The notes under the pieces were generated by a model. It did not search any database. It was not told the origin of the DNA and worked only from the letters and a program-made list of their open reading frames with translations. A DNA stretch of 19,458 nucleotides from a bacterium (GTDB lineage: Bacteria; Zhuqueibacterota; Zhuqueibacteria; Oceanimicrobiales; Oceanimicrobiaceae), in contig JBBIIG010000072.1 of assembly GCA_037446635.1 (NCBI GenBank), forward strand, positions 1 through 19,458, read 5' to 3'. The position numbers were made by a program, and so were the translations under genes. Shown here piece by piece: positions 1 through 8,181 of the stretch. Positions within the stretch are counted from its first letter, which is position 1. The number at the start of each line of letters is the position of its first letter.

Positions 1-49
1 TTTAATTAATTTTTTTTTTTTTTATTTTTTTTTTTTTTTTTTTATTTTT
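1..49. other. T-homopolymer-rich low-complexity end, probably a contig-end/sequencing artefact
   Basis: Almost pure T runs at the very start of the window, unlike the rest of the sequence. Confidence 0.7.
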
Positions 50-147
50 AAACACATTCAATCCTTACAATCTCTTTTTCAGTTTTCTGTTCTTTACAAA
101 TCAAGTCTCCTGGATTGAATCCGCTTGGGGAGACCTACATGCAAACG

Positions 148-197
148 AAAGCCCAGGCGAACAAACGTATCACGCGTTTGTTGGCGTGGGCTTTTTT
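148..197 (+). terminator. Intrinsic terminator-like hairpin (possibly bidirectional)
   Basis: aaagccca(148-155)/tgggcttt(187-194) and aacaaacg(160-167)/cgtttgtt(175-182) stems, T-run at 192-197, A-rich 5' flank. Confidence 0.65.
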
Positions 198-237
198 GGT
201 TTTGATGGATTTGATTTAACGCGGGAGGTTTTTCAAT

Positions 238-319
238 AAAAAAGCGAGACTACCGTCTGACCTTAGCAAGTTTGAACGGTAGCCCCGCCGGTTGCTAACC
301 CCGAAGTGTCGGGGTTAAC
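238..319 (-). ncRNA. Candidate ~82-nt small RNA or attenuated leader (5' hairpin plus terminator hairpin)
   Basis: Minus strand: TTGACA-17-TATGTT promoter just upstream; 11-bp hairpin GUUAACCCCGA/UCGGGGUUAGC starts at the predicted +1; 13-bp stem GCGGGGCUACCGU/ACGGUAGUCUCGC followed by U6; the stem mismatches are G-U on this strand. Confidence 0.55.
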
Positions 320-324
320 GCTGA

Positions 325-353
325 AACATATTGAAAAGCCTCTCCATTGTCAA
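325..353 (-). promoter_or_regulatory. sigma70-type promoter
   Basis: TTGACA (353-348), 17-bp spacer, TATGTT (330-325). Confidence 0.6.
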
Positions 354-377
354 GCATTAATTTTGGCAGTGGGAGGT

Positions 378-411
378 TTGACGTGAACTTTCGGTGGGAC
401 CATCCTCCGTA
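378..411 (+). promoter_or_regulatory. Possible promoter of the outer-membrane cluster
   Basis: TTGACG(378-383)-17-CATCCT(401-406); alternatively ECF-like GAACTT(385-390)...CGTA(408-411); strong RBS AAAGGAGG before ATG 473. Confidence 0.3.
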
Positions 412-472
412 GTGTGTTAATGAAAACCAGCTTAACCGAACTCATAAACACGTTTGAAAGGAGGAACCCAAA

Positions 473-1528
473 ATGAGAACCATTCTGTGGATTGCAATCT
501 TTTGCATTCTTGCCATCATCGGTTGGTATGCTTGTAATAATCCACAAGCACCGACCGATACGCTCGTCTCTGTAAGTGAACAACCTCCGATCTTATCCAA
601 GAAAATGCTGGAAGGTTGGCGCACGGGCGGCGATCTGCTGGCAAAAAGTCTGGCGCTGGCTCTAAACGATCCGCAACTGACCAATCTATTGAGAGCGAGT
701 TTGAAGACGGACCAGCGAAAATCTATTCTTCTTTCCAATTTTCTCAACATGTCTGCTAATGGGCGTTCAGTGAGAAGGATACTTGCTGACCGAATTGCAA
801 GAAGTATTGAGCAATTTGATCGGATCGTTGCGGATGCCTCTCCGATCCAAGTTGACGAGGAGAATTGGGTTTTAGGAATCGACTTTCCGGTCAACGAGAA
901 TTTCGGCAAATGGTTAGATGGCGAACCAGCACTCGTGATGTTGTTTCCGTGGTGGATCGATGAGCAAGATTTGACCCAAAATGAATTTTATGCATTGGAC
1001 CGATTAGGCCAAATTCGAATGCTGGATATGAATGTGCCTCCGAATGAGCCAACTTTAGTCATAACGCCTAAAATAACCTGCGATGAGGATTGCGGCGGAG
1101 GGGGCGGTGGAGGCGGTTCCACCATTGAGCTTTGGATTGACGAGACAATCTATTATCACAATAGCGAAGGTGCGTCTTATGAACAACCCGAGTTCAATAC
1201 ACGCCTGAGACAAATCAACGCTACCGGTAGCTGGGAGAAAGTGTATTTAACCTACATAGGGGGCGGTTCGCCAGGTTGCCAAAATCCTAATCATTACACA
1301 AACGACAAGCGGATAGGAACCAATATCTCTTACAATGCAACTTACACCTTGAAACTTTATGAAGATGACCCCTGGCCGAATGAAGACGATTTAAGCGGGG
1401 TATGGGACATTGACCTGGATGCCGTATTTACTGGCTTCGGTTCAGCCAATCGTGTTCTGTTCACCGATGGGACGAACTGTAACTCTGAGAAAGACTTGGA
1501 CTTCTATCTGTTTCTGAAACAGCTATAG
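473..1528 (+). CDS. Predicted lipoprotein, DUF3103-like N-terminal region, CxxxC + poly-Gly linker, acidic C-terminal domain
   Basis: RBS AAGGAGG; hydrophobic signal ending WYA-C21; segment EPALV...YALDRLGQIRMLDMNVPPNEPTLVI recalls DUF3103 proteins (from memory); CDEDC-G8-S linker; LKLYEDDPWPNEDD motif. CDS itself well supported, family less so. Confidence 0.75.
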   Translation: MRTILWIAIFCILAIIGWYACNNPQAPTDTLVSVSEQPPILSKKMLEGWRTGGDLLAKSLALALNDPQLTNLLRASLKTDQRKSILLSNFLNMSANGRSVRRILADRIARSIEQFDRIVADASPIQVDEENWVLGIDFPVNENFGKWLDGEPALVMLFPWWIDEQDLTQNEFYALDRLGQIRMLDMNVPPNEPTLVITPKITCDEDCGGGGGGGGSTIELWIDETIYYHNSEGASYEQPEFNTRLRQINATGSWEKVYLTYIGGGSPGCQNPNHYTNDKRIGTNISYNATYTLKLYEDDPWPNEDDLSGVWDIDLDAVFTGFGSANRVLFTDGTNCNSEKDLDFYLFLKQL

Positions 1529-1555
1529 AGTCCATATGTCAGTGGGTTGAATCAA

Positions 1556-1588
1556 GCCGGCCGCCCAAGTTCGAATTGGGCGGCCGGC
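1556..1588 (+). terminator. Strong GC-rich hairpin between lipoprotein and receptor genes (mRNA stabiliser or weak terminator)
   Basis: Perfect 13-bp inverted repeat gccggccgcccaa / ttgggcggccggc, 7-nt loop, weak T tail. Confidence 0.55.
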
Positions 1589-1629
1589 AGTTGGTTGATC
1601 TAACAATGGACCAAAACGCGGAGATACCT

Positions 1630-3888
1630 TTGATTCGCAAAAGCTGGTGTCTTCTGGTCTTGATTCTCTGCCTTCCGAAATTGGCTGTCCCTTGTGATGA
1701 CCTGGGTAGAATTACCGGCTATGTCTATGATGCAAGCAATGGCCTCGGACTCAGGGATGTGAATCTCGTGCTGCCCGATGGCCGGGGCACCAGTTCGGCT
1801 TCCAATGGCTGGTTCAGCCTGGAAGGATTGGCGCCCGGAAGCGATACCTTGCGGGTGAGTCACATTGGCTACAAGCCCAAAGAAATTATCTTCAACATTG
1901 AAGCCGGGGAAAACCTCTTTCTCGAGATAATGCTGCAGCCGGATGTCATCAAACTTCAACCTGTCACGAAAACCAGTGAACAGCCTGAGTTTGACAAGTC
2001 CGCCAGTCAATTTGAGATTTCGCCCCGCACCTTAAAATCCTATCCGGCCATCGGAGAGGCTGATGTCTTGCGGGCGGTTCAGACCATCCCGGGGGTGACC
2101 CGCGGCCATGAGCTCTCCACCGGCTTCTATGTGCGCGGCGGCCGCAGTGATCAGAATCTCATTCTGCTCGATGATATCACCATCTACACCCCCTACCATC
2201 TTTTTGGCCTCTTCGGAATATTTGACGTGGACGCCATCGGGGATGCGGTTTTGCACAAAGGCGGTTTCGGGGCCGAATATGACGGCCGGCTTTCGTCGGT
2301 TTTAAATATTCGCACCCGACCCGGAAATGCGCACAAGACCGCGCTGCACGGGCAGCTCAGCCTGCTCAGTTCAAAGGTGCTGGCAGAAGGCCCCTTGGGC
2401 GAAAGGGGAAATTGGCTCGTTTCCTATCGTCGCAGTTACATCGACCTGCTGGTGAATTTAGTCGCCCCCGATGTCTTTCCCTATTCGTTTAACGATTTAA
2501 TTGCCAAACTCAGTTATTCGGTCTCCCCCAATGTTCGCGCAACCATCACCTCTTTTTGGCAAAAAGACAGCTATAAACCACGGCCCATCGAAACCGGCGC
2601 CGGGCCAGAAGAGAGAATCAATGAGGACGTAGTCTGGCAGAACCGCGCACTGGGATTAACCTTTGAATGGTTGAGTAGCCCAACCGTATTCTCGAAAACC
2701 ACCTTGTACGGCAGCTCCTAAAACGCTGTGTACCATGTGGACGACCAGCGCTTCTTTTTTGGTGCGCTGGTGCCGCGTGTGGAATTCGATCTCGACAATT
2801 GCATTCGTGACCTCAGTCTCAAGCAAACGCTAACTTTCACCGGCCTTTCCAATCACACTTTTACAGCCGGTGTGCAATATCATAACTTAGCTTATGATCT
2901 GTATGTAGCCACCAATATTGTTGATTACAACCCATCGATTGCCACGCCCACCATTCACGAACTCAGTCCGTTTGCGGAAGAGGTCTGGCATCTAAAGCCT
3001 TTTCTGCAACTGACCGCCGGACTGCGGCTCAATTATTTTAGCAACCTGGAAAAGGTGGCGCTGGCGCCGCGTCTCATGCTAACCACACAAATTCATCCGC
3101 GGCATACGATTAAACTGAGTGCCGGTCGATATCATCAAAATGTAATCACTGCCAACACCGAAGAAGACGTGCTCGCGCCGTACGAAGTGTGGGTGCCGCT
3201 GCAGAAGCAGCACCAGTTATCCTCAGCCTGGAATTTGACCGCTGCTTGGATCGCCGAATTATCGAACGAATATAGCTTTCGTACCGAAGCATATTTGAAA
3301 GACCTCTCAAACGTCGGCATCATGAATCGGGATCGCTTTCTCGATAGCGATCCGCTTCTGCACCAGTATGATGGCAAAGCCTGGGGATTTGAAATCTTTG
3401 CTGAAAAAAAAAGTGGCCGGCTGACCGCCTGGCTGGGGTATCACTTCAACCGCACGTATCTTAACATCGCCGGGAGGCGGGTCGCGCCGGGCTATTATAG
3501 GAAGCACACTTTTAACCTGACCGGCGAATACAATTTTCACAAAAAATGGAGCGCCGGCTTTAGCTGGATTCTTGCCAGCGGGCAGCCGTATCAACTGGTA
3601 ATTGGAGAATACGAGGCGCCTTTGCCGGATGGCAGCGGGGGCGGCGGCTTGATAGAAACGCCCACGGATTTCTATACCTATCCCCCTTATCATCGCCTGG
3701 ATGTGAGTTTCTTTCGGCACTTCCATAAAAAAAATTGGCACCTCACCCTCTATCTGCAAATTCAAAATCTGTACTTTCAAAAAAATTATGTTTACCCGGA
3801 CAAACATGTTTTTCTGAACGATCTTGAACGCACGGACAAATTTGCGCTTCCTATTTTGCCGACCCTTGGTCTGAGGTTTAATCTCTAA
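1630..3888 (+). pseudogene. TonB-dependent receptor (carboxypeptidase-regulatory-like N domain, plug, barrel) interrupted by a single in-frame TAA at 2719-2721
   Basis: ORFs 1576-2721 and 2728-3888 are in the same frame, separated by taa aac gct; plug motifs YVRGG..DQNLILLD, KGGFGAEYDGRLSSVLNI; C-terminus YHRLD...NLY...LPILPTLGLRFNL; likely start TTG 1630 (RBS GGAG) or ATG 1606. Stop may be a sequencing error. Confidence 0.85.
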
Positions 3889-3906
3889 GTCGGGAGGAAT
3901 GTCATC

Positions 3907-4779
3907 ATGAAGAAGCTTAGTTTACTTTGTCTGTGTTATCTGTTCGCTTGTGAATCCGGTTTAACCCCGCCGGAGAATGTGCCTTCCGTGGCCAATGAGT
4001 TGAGCATTTCAGCTTTTCTTAATCCGGAGGAAGATACGCTCAGAGTGCTGGTATTACGTGCCCGCGGTTTAGACGAGCCGCCCTATGTCAGCGACCCTCT
4101 TCGGTACCGGGTTTCAGGTGCGATGGTTTCGCTGGAGGCCGCTGGGAATACCGTTTCTTTTCAGGAAGCCATCAATGATCCGGGAGTCTATTGGGCGCCA
4201 CTGCGAGCCGAGCCGGGGCGAACCTATCTTTTGCGCGTGAAAGTTAATCATCTGCAGAAAGAAGCAACGGCCGAGGCAACGGTGCCGGGGCCATTCGCAA
4301 TTACAACGTATCCGCCAACGCCTTTGAAGTTTGGGGAGCTGCTCGAATTAAAATGGCAACCGAGTCCGTATGCCGTGGGTTATTTGCTGCAATTTCAATA
4401 TGAATGGTGGCGACCTCGTTCACCGGACAGGATATTTAGAACTCAGGAGTATTGGTGGGGCACAATTGGCAACCCCACTCTCAAAACGGAAATTCGTTTC
4501 GATCTCTATGCCCCGCTGTTCCAACGTTTTAATTTCATAGACTCTGTTGAAATTTCCCCGGATATCCAGGTGCTCATCCGTGCACTGGATGAGCACTATT
4601 TTAAGGCGGCGGCGGTTCATAAACGGGCTGATTTCTGGGACGAAGAGGAGGGGTTGGAGTTGTTTGCAACCCAGTATTCCAATTTTGTTGGCGGCAGAGG
4701 GATATTCGGCGCGTTTGTGGAACGAACCGTGAACTTCCAGATTGATTCAACCTATATTTATCGTCAGCGGCCGAATTGA
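3907..4779 (+). CDS. DUF4249-family lipoprotein
   Basis: RBS GGAGG; lipobox LFA-C; motifs VSGAMVSL, PGRTYLLRV, YSNFVGGRGIFGA; position directly after a TonB-dependent receptor is typical for DUF4249. Confidence 0.8.
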   Translation: MKKLSLLCLCYLFACESGLTPPENVPSVANELSISAFLNPEEDTLRVLVLRARGLDEPPYVSDPLRYRVSGAMVSLEAAGNTVSFQEAINDPGVYWAPLRAEPGRTYLLRVKVNHLQKEATAEATVPGPFAITTYPPTPLKFGELLELKWQPSPYAVGYLLQFQYEWWRPRSPDRIFRTQEYWWGTIGNPTLKTEIRFDLYAPLFQRFNFIDSVEISPDIQVLIRALDEHYFKAAAVHKRADFWDEEEGLELFATQYSNFVGGRGIFGAFVERTVNFQIDSTYIYRQRPN

Positions 4780-4801
4780 CTTTCTATTGGTTGAAGCGGG
4801 C

Positions 4802-4822
4802 GACGCCTAAAGGCGTCACTAC
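4802..4822 (-). repeat. GTAG-type REP-like palindrome
   Basis: Minus strand GTAGT-GACGCCT-TT-AGGCGTC, intergenic. Confidence 0.55.
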
Positions 4823-4844
4823 ACAGCACAGGAGATAATTTAAC

Positions 4845-5678
4845 ATGAGACTTCCATCCTTCATCATTTTTTCCGTCACTTTATGTTTTATTGCTAGTGT
4901 CATAATCCCTCCAACCCTTTACGGACAGACCTTTTTTTCTAAACCAGATCATTCGAGATACCTGGCCATCGAGTTTCTCAAGCCCAATTACGACCTCGAG
5001 GTTGAGCCGACCTTTTTCACCTCCGCGGTGTTTTTCTCCATGCGGCTGCCATTGGATAATTGGCTTGGGTTGAAAGCCGAGCTTCCATTTGCTCACGCTG
5101 ACTTTGATACTCCCGGGGATGAAGCCCAAAACATGTTGGGAAATCCCTACCTGGGTTTGGAGATATGGAAACGTAATTCCCATATTTCGGGAGAAGTCGG
5201 AATCCGTTTCCCACTGGCACAGGACGATGATGATCCTGACTTCGGCGCTGCTGCAACCGTGGGTTTTCAGACGGACATGGTGAAGCGCATCGAGGCGTTC
5301 ACCAGCAACATCGTGCCGGTGACGGCTAGTCTTCACTATCACTATTCGTTCCCATCAGGGATAAACCTGCTTTTCCAGTCGGGAGTGAGTTACATTATCC
5401 ATCAGAGCCGGGACGAACAATCGGGGTGGTTCATTCTCTACGGCACGCAGGTTTCTTATGAAATAAACCGATTCACTTTGGGAGGAGGCTTAGCAGGCAG
5501 AAAGTGGCTGAAGGCCGACAACGGAAACAAACCCAATATCCTGGAAATAACATTGAGCGGCAATGCCAAAGTTGATCATTTCATTCCGGGTATCGAGTTC
5601 AAAATTCCGATCTCCAATGAATTGTTGGAAGGCCAGCTCGATTCGGTTATCGCTTTGAATTTGCAATATGTGTTTTAA
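4845..5678 (+). CDS. Hypothetical outer-membrane beta-barrel protein
   Basis: RBS AGGAG; signal peptide; amphipathic beta strands; C-terminal beta-signal ALNLQYVF. Confidence 0.7.
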   Translation: MRLPSFIIFSVTLCFIASVIIPPTLYGQTFFSKPDHSRYLAIEFLKPNYDLEVEPTFFTSAVFFSMRLPLDNWLGLKAELPFAHADFDTPGDEAQNMLGNPYLGLEIWKRNSHISGEVGIRFPLAQDDDDPDFGAAATVGFQTDMVKRIEAFTSNIVPVTASLHYHYSFPSGINLLFQSGVSYIIHQSRDEQSGWFILYGTQVSYEINRFTLGGGLAGRKWLKADNGNKPNILEITLSGNAKVDHFIPGIEFKIPISNELLEGQLDSVIALNLQYVF

Positions 5679-5688
5679 AGTGATGGGA

Positions 5689-8178
5689 TTACATTTTAGC
5701 CCACTCCAGCACCTTCTCGCGATATTCCTCCACCAATTTCTCTGCCGCGGCGGCGCTGCCGGCTTCCGCGAGAATGTGATACCCCGCCCGATCGCGGTCC
5801 GGCAGCACCAGCACCCAGGCATCTTCGAAGTTGATGCGCACGCCATCCACTAACAGACGATTCTCGCCCTGCGAGTCTTCATGTAATCGGCGCATCACTT
5901 TGCCTTTGGCTTCCCACGGACACGGCGCCTGCACCACCACTAACGATCGCTTGGGTAGTTGGGCTTGCAATTTGCGCAGCGTCAGGTTTGACTTCGCCAG
6001 CATCTCCAAAATCTTCACAATCGAAAACATGCCGTCGAAGGCGAAGTGAAATTCCGGGAAAATCAGCCCGCCAGTGATGTCCAAAGCCAACTGCACCTCG
6101 GGGTCTTCCGTGGCTTTGATGAGCGAGCCGCCGTCGTGGGCGGTGTAGACCAGCTCCACGCCGGCCGCGCGCGCCAGCGTTTCCACGTAATTCGGCGCCG
6201 AGACCGGCACCGCCATTTTGCGCGGCGAATGCAGATCTAAATACAATCGCGCGATCATCGCCGCCAAACGATTGCTGGGAATAACTTCGCCCTTTTCGTC
6301 CACACAGAAAATTTTCTCCGCACCGGCGTCGATGAGAAAGCCAATGTGGGAGTTGGTGGACTTGACGATTTTTGCCAGTTGCCCTAAAGCCTGCTCAAAT
6401 TCTTCGGCGGAACGGCTGAGCCGCTCCGGGTCGAGAAAGGCGTTGAGGGAGATCACCTCGCAGTCCAGCGAGCCGAGGATGGAAGGAAAAACTTGCGTGG
6501 CCGCGCCAAAAGAATAATCGATCACCACTTTGAATTTGGCCGATTCGATGGCGGCGGTGTCCACGTGTTTCAAAAAATCCTGTGAATAGGATTGCGCCAC
6601 CCGCACCGGGTAGTCGATGTCGCCCACTTCATCGAAGAGCACGCGCGGAAAATCTTCGCGGTAAAAATTGCGCTCGATGGTTTTGGCCACCGCCGTGGAG
6701 ATATCGCGGCCGTTGGCATCAAAGAAGAGAATGTCCAGCAGATTCCTTTCAAAGGGCGAGCGGCGAACGTGAATCCCGCCTTTTGATTTCACGGCGGGCA
6801 GCGCGTAGCGCGAAATAGGGATTGGCATCACTTCCAAATTTTGGATTTGCACGCCGGCCGACATCAGCCCGGTGATGATGGCGCGGTCGATCATGCGTGC
6901 GGCGGGCGTGGCGTCGCGGCTCACTACCACCTGCTGGCCTTTGCCCACCCAGGCGCCAAACGCGGCGCCCAACTTCGCGCCAAACTCCGGCGAGATTTCA
7001 AAATTAGCAAGACCGGTCACCCGCGCATCGGTGAACAACTCCCGCTGCCACTTGTCGCCCCACACTAAGCTGGCGTTCACCACTGAGCCGACATCCACTT
7101 CTTTGTGCGGCCAGATTTTGACGTTAGGAGTGATGTGACTGTGCGCGCCAATTTTCGAGCCATCGCTGACGAAGACGTTTTGATCCAGCACACAGCCGTC
7201 TTCGATGATCACCTCGCGGCCAATCACATCCTGCACCAGCTCACAATTTTTTCCTACCTGCGCGCCGCTCCATAAAACCGAATCCTTGATGACGCTGTTG
7301 CGGCCAATTCGGCAAAAGTCGCCCACTACCACGTTGTTCAACGTTACGCCGTCTTCTACCCGACAGTGTTCGCCCAATACGACGCCGCCCTCTAATTTTA
7401 CGCCTTTGCCTAATTTGCTGCCTTTGCCGCGAAAGGCGCCATTTTTAAACGGCTTGTTGATTTGGAGATTGATTTTTTTTTCAAACACGTCTCGCTGCAC
7501 CTGTTGAAGGGTTCGCAAATCGCCAATATCTTTCCAGTAGCAATTCTCGATAAAACCATACAGCGGCTGTCCCTGCTCGATGAGTTTCGGATAGACGTCT
7601 TTCTCAAATTGGAACTCTTTTTCTGGCGGGATTCCCTCCAGCAGGGGTGGTTCCAAAACGTAGATGCCCATGTTGATGGTGTCGCTGAACACTTGCCCCC
7701 ACGAGGGTTTTTCGAGGAAGCGGGTAATGCGCTGATTCTGGTCAGTCACCACCACGCCAAACGGCGAGGGGTCGGCGACGCGTGCCAATGCGATAGTCGC
7801 GAGCGCGTGTTTTTGTTTATGAAATTCCACCAGGCGAGCCAAGTTCAAATCAGTAATGCCATCGCCGGAAAGGACGAGGAAAGTATCGTCCAAAAAATCG
7901 GCGGCGCGCTTTACCGCGCCGGCGGTGCCGTAATCTTCTGTGGCGGCGATGTGCGTGATGCGAACGCCGAAGCGTGCGCCGTCTGCAAAATAATTTTGGA
8001 TGATTTCGTGCTGATAATAGAGCAGAAAAATGAGATCAGTAAATTGATGCTTTTTGAGATGAAGGACGATGTGTTCGAGAATAGGCCGGTTCATCACCGG
8101 CGCCATGGGCTTGGGGAGATTACAGGTCAGCGGGCGCAGCCGGGTGCCCAACCCGCCGGCCAAGATGACGGCTTTCAA
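5689..8178 (-). CDS. Mannose-1-phosphate guanylyltransferase / phosphomannomutase-like fusion (NTP transferase + hexapeptide LbH + PGM/PMM-like domains)
   Basis: MKAVILAGGLGTRLRPLT..PKPM, GTAGAVK, FLEKP, hexapeptide repeats, PGM/PMM fold ending VDGVRI..WVLVLPD; TTG start 3 bp after the glgC stop. Confidence 0.9.
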   Translation of the reverse strand: MKAVILAGGLGTRLRPLTCNLPKPMAPVMNRPILEHIVLHLKKHQFTDLIFLLYYQHEIIQNYFADGARFGVRITHIAATEDYGTAGAVKRAADFLDDTFLVLSGDGITDLNLARLVEFHKQKHALATIALARVADPSPFGVVVTDQNQRITRFLEKPSWGQVFSDTINMGIYVLEPPLLEGIPPEKEFQFEKDVYPKLIEQGQPLYGFIENCYWKDIGDLRTLQQVQRDVFEKKINLQINKPFKNGAFRGKGSKLGKGVKLEGGVVLGEHCRVEDGVTLNNVVVGDFCRIGRNSVIKDSVLWSGAQVGKNCELVQDVIGREVIIEDGCVLDQNVFVSDGSKIGAHSHITPNVKIWPHKEVDVGSVVNASLVWGDKWQRELFTDARVTGLANFEISPEFGAKLGAAFGAWVGKGQQVVVSRDATPAARMIDRAIITGLMSAGVQIQNLEVMPIPISRYALPAVKSKGGIHVRRSPFERNLLDILFFDANGRDISTAVAKTIERNFYREDFPRVLFDEVGDIDYPVRVAQSYSQDFLKHVDTAAIESAKFKVVIDYSFGAATQVFPSILGSLDCEVISLNAFLDPERLSRSAEEFEQALGQLAKIVKSTNSHIGFLIDAGAEKIFCVDEKGEVIPSNRLAAMIARLYLDLHSPRKMAVPVSAPNYVETLARAAGVELVYTAHDGGSLIKATEDPEVQLALDITGGLIFPEFHFAFDGMFSIVKILEMLAKSNLTLRKLQAQLPKRSLVVVQAPCPWEAKGKVMRRLHEDSQGENRLLVDGVRINFEDAWVLVLPDRDRAGYHILAEAGSAAAAEKLVEEYREKVLEWAKM

Positions 8179-8181
8179 GTG

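Noticed and set aside
1..49. Poly-T as a poly(A) tail, retro-element end or phase-variable tract
   Set aside because: Sits at the extreme window end and looks like low-quality sequence; no RT gene or target duplication visible
105..320. Known riboswitch (c-di-GMP, cobalamin, TPP) upstream of the TBDR cluster
   Set aside because: Hairpins are present but I could not place the conserved cores of these families
1576..1605. TTG 1576 as the TBDR start
   Set aside because: Lies inside the GC hairpin with no RBS; TTG 1630 gives an RBS and a normal signal peptide
2719..2721. Genome-wide TAA reassignment, or Sec/Pyl recoding
   Set aside because: TAA ends many genes here at their expected C-termini (3888, 5678, 5689, 9746, 13707, 16874); Sec and Pyl use TGA and TAG
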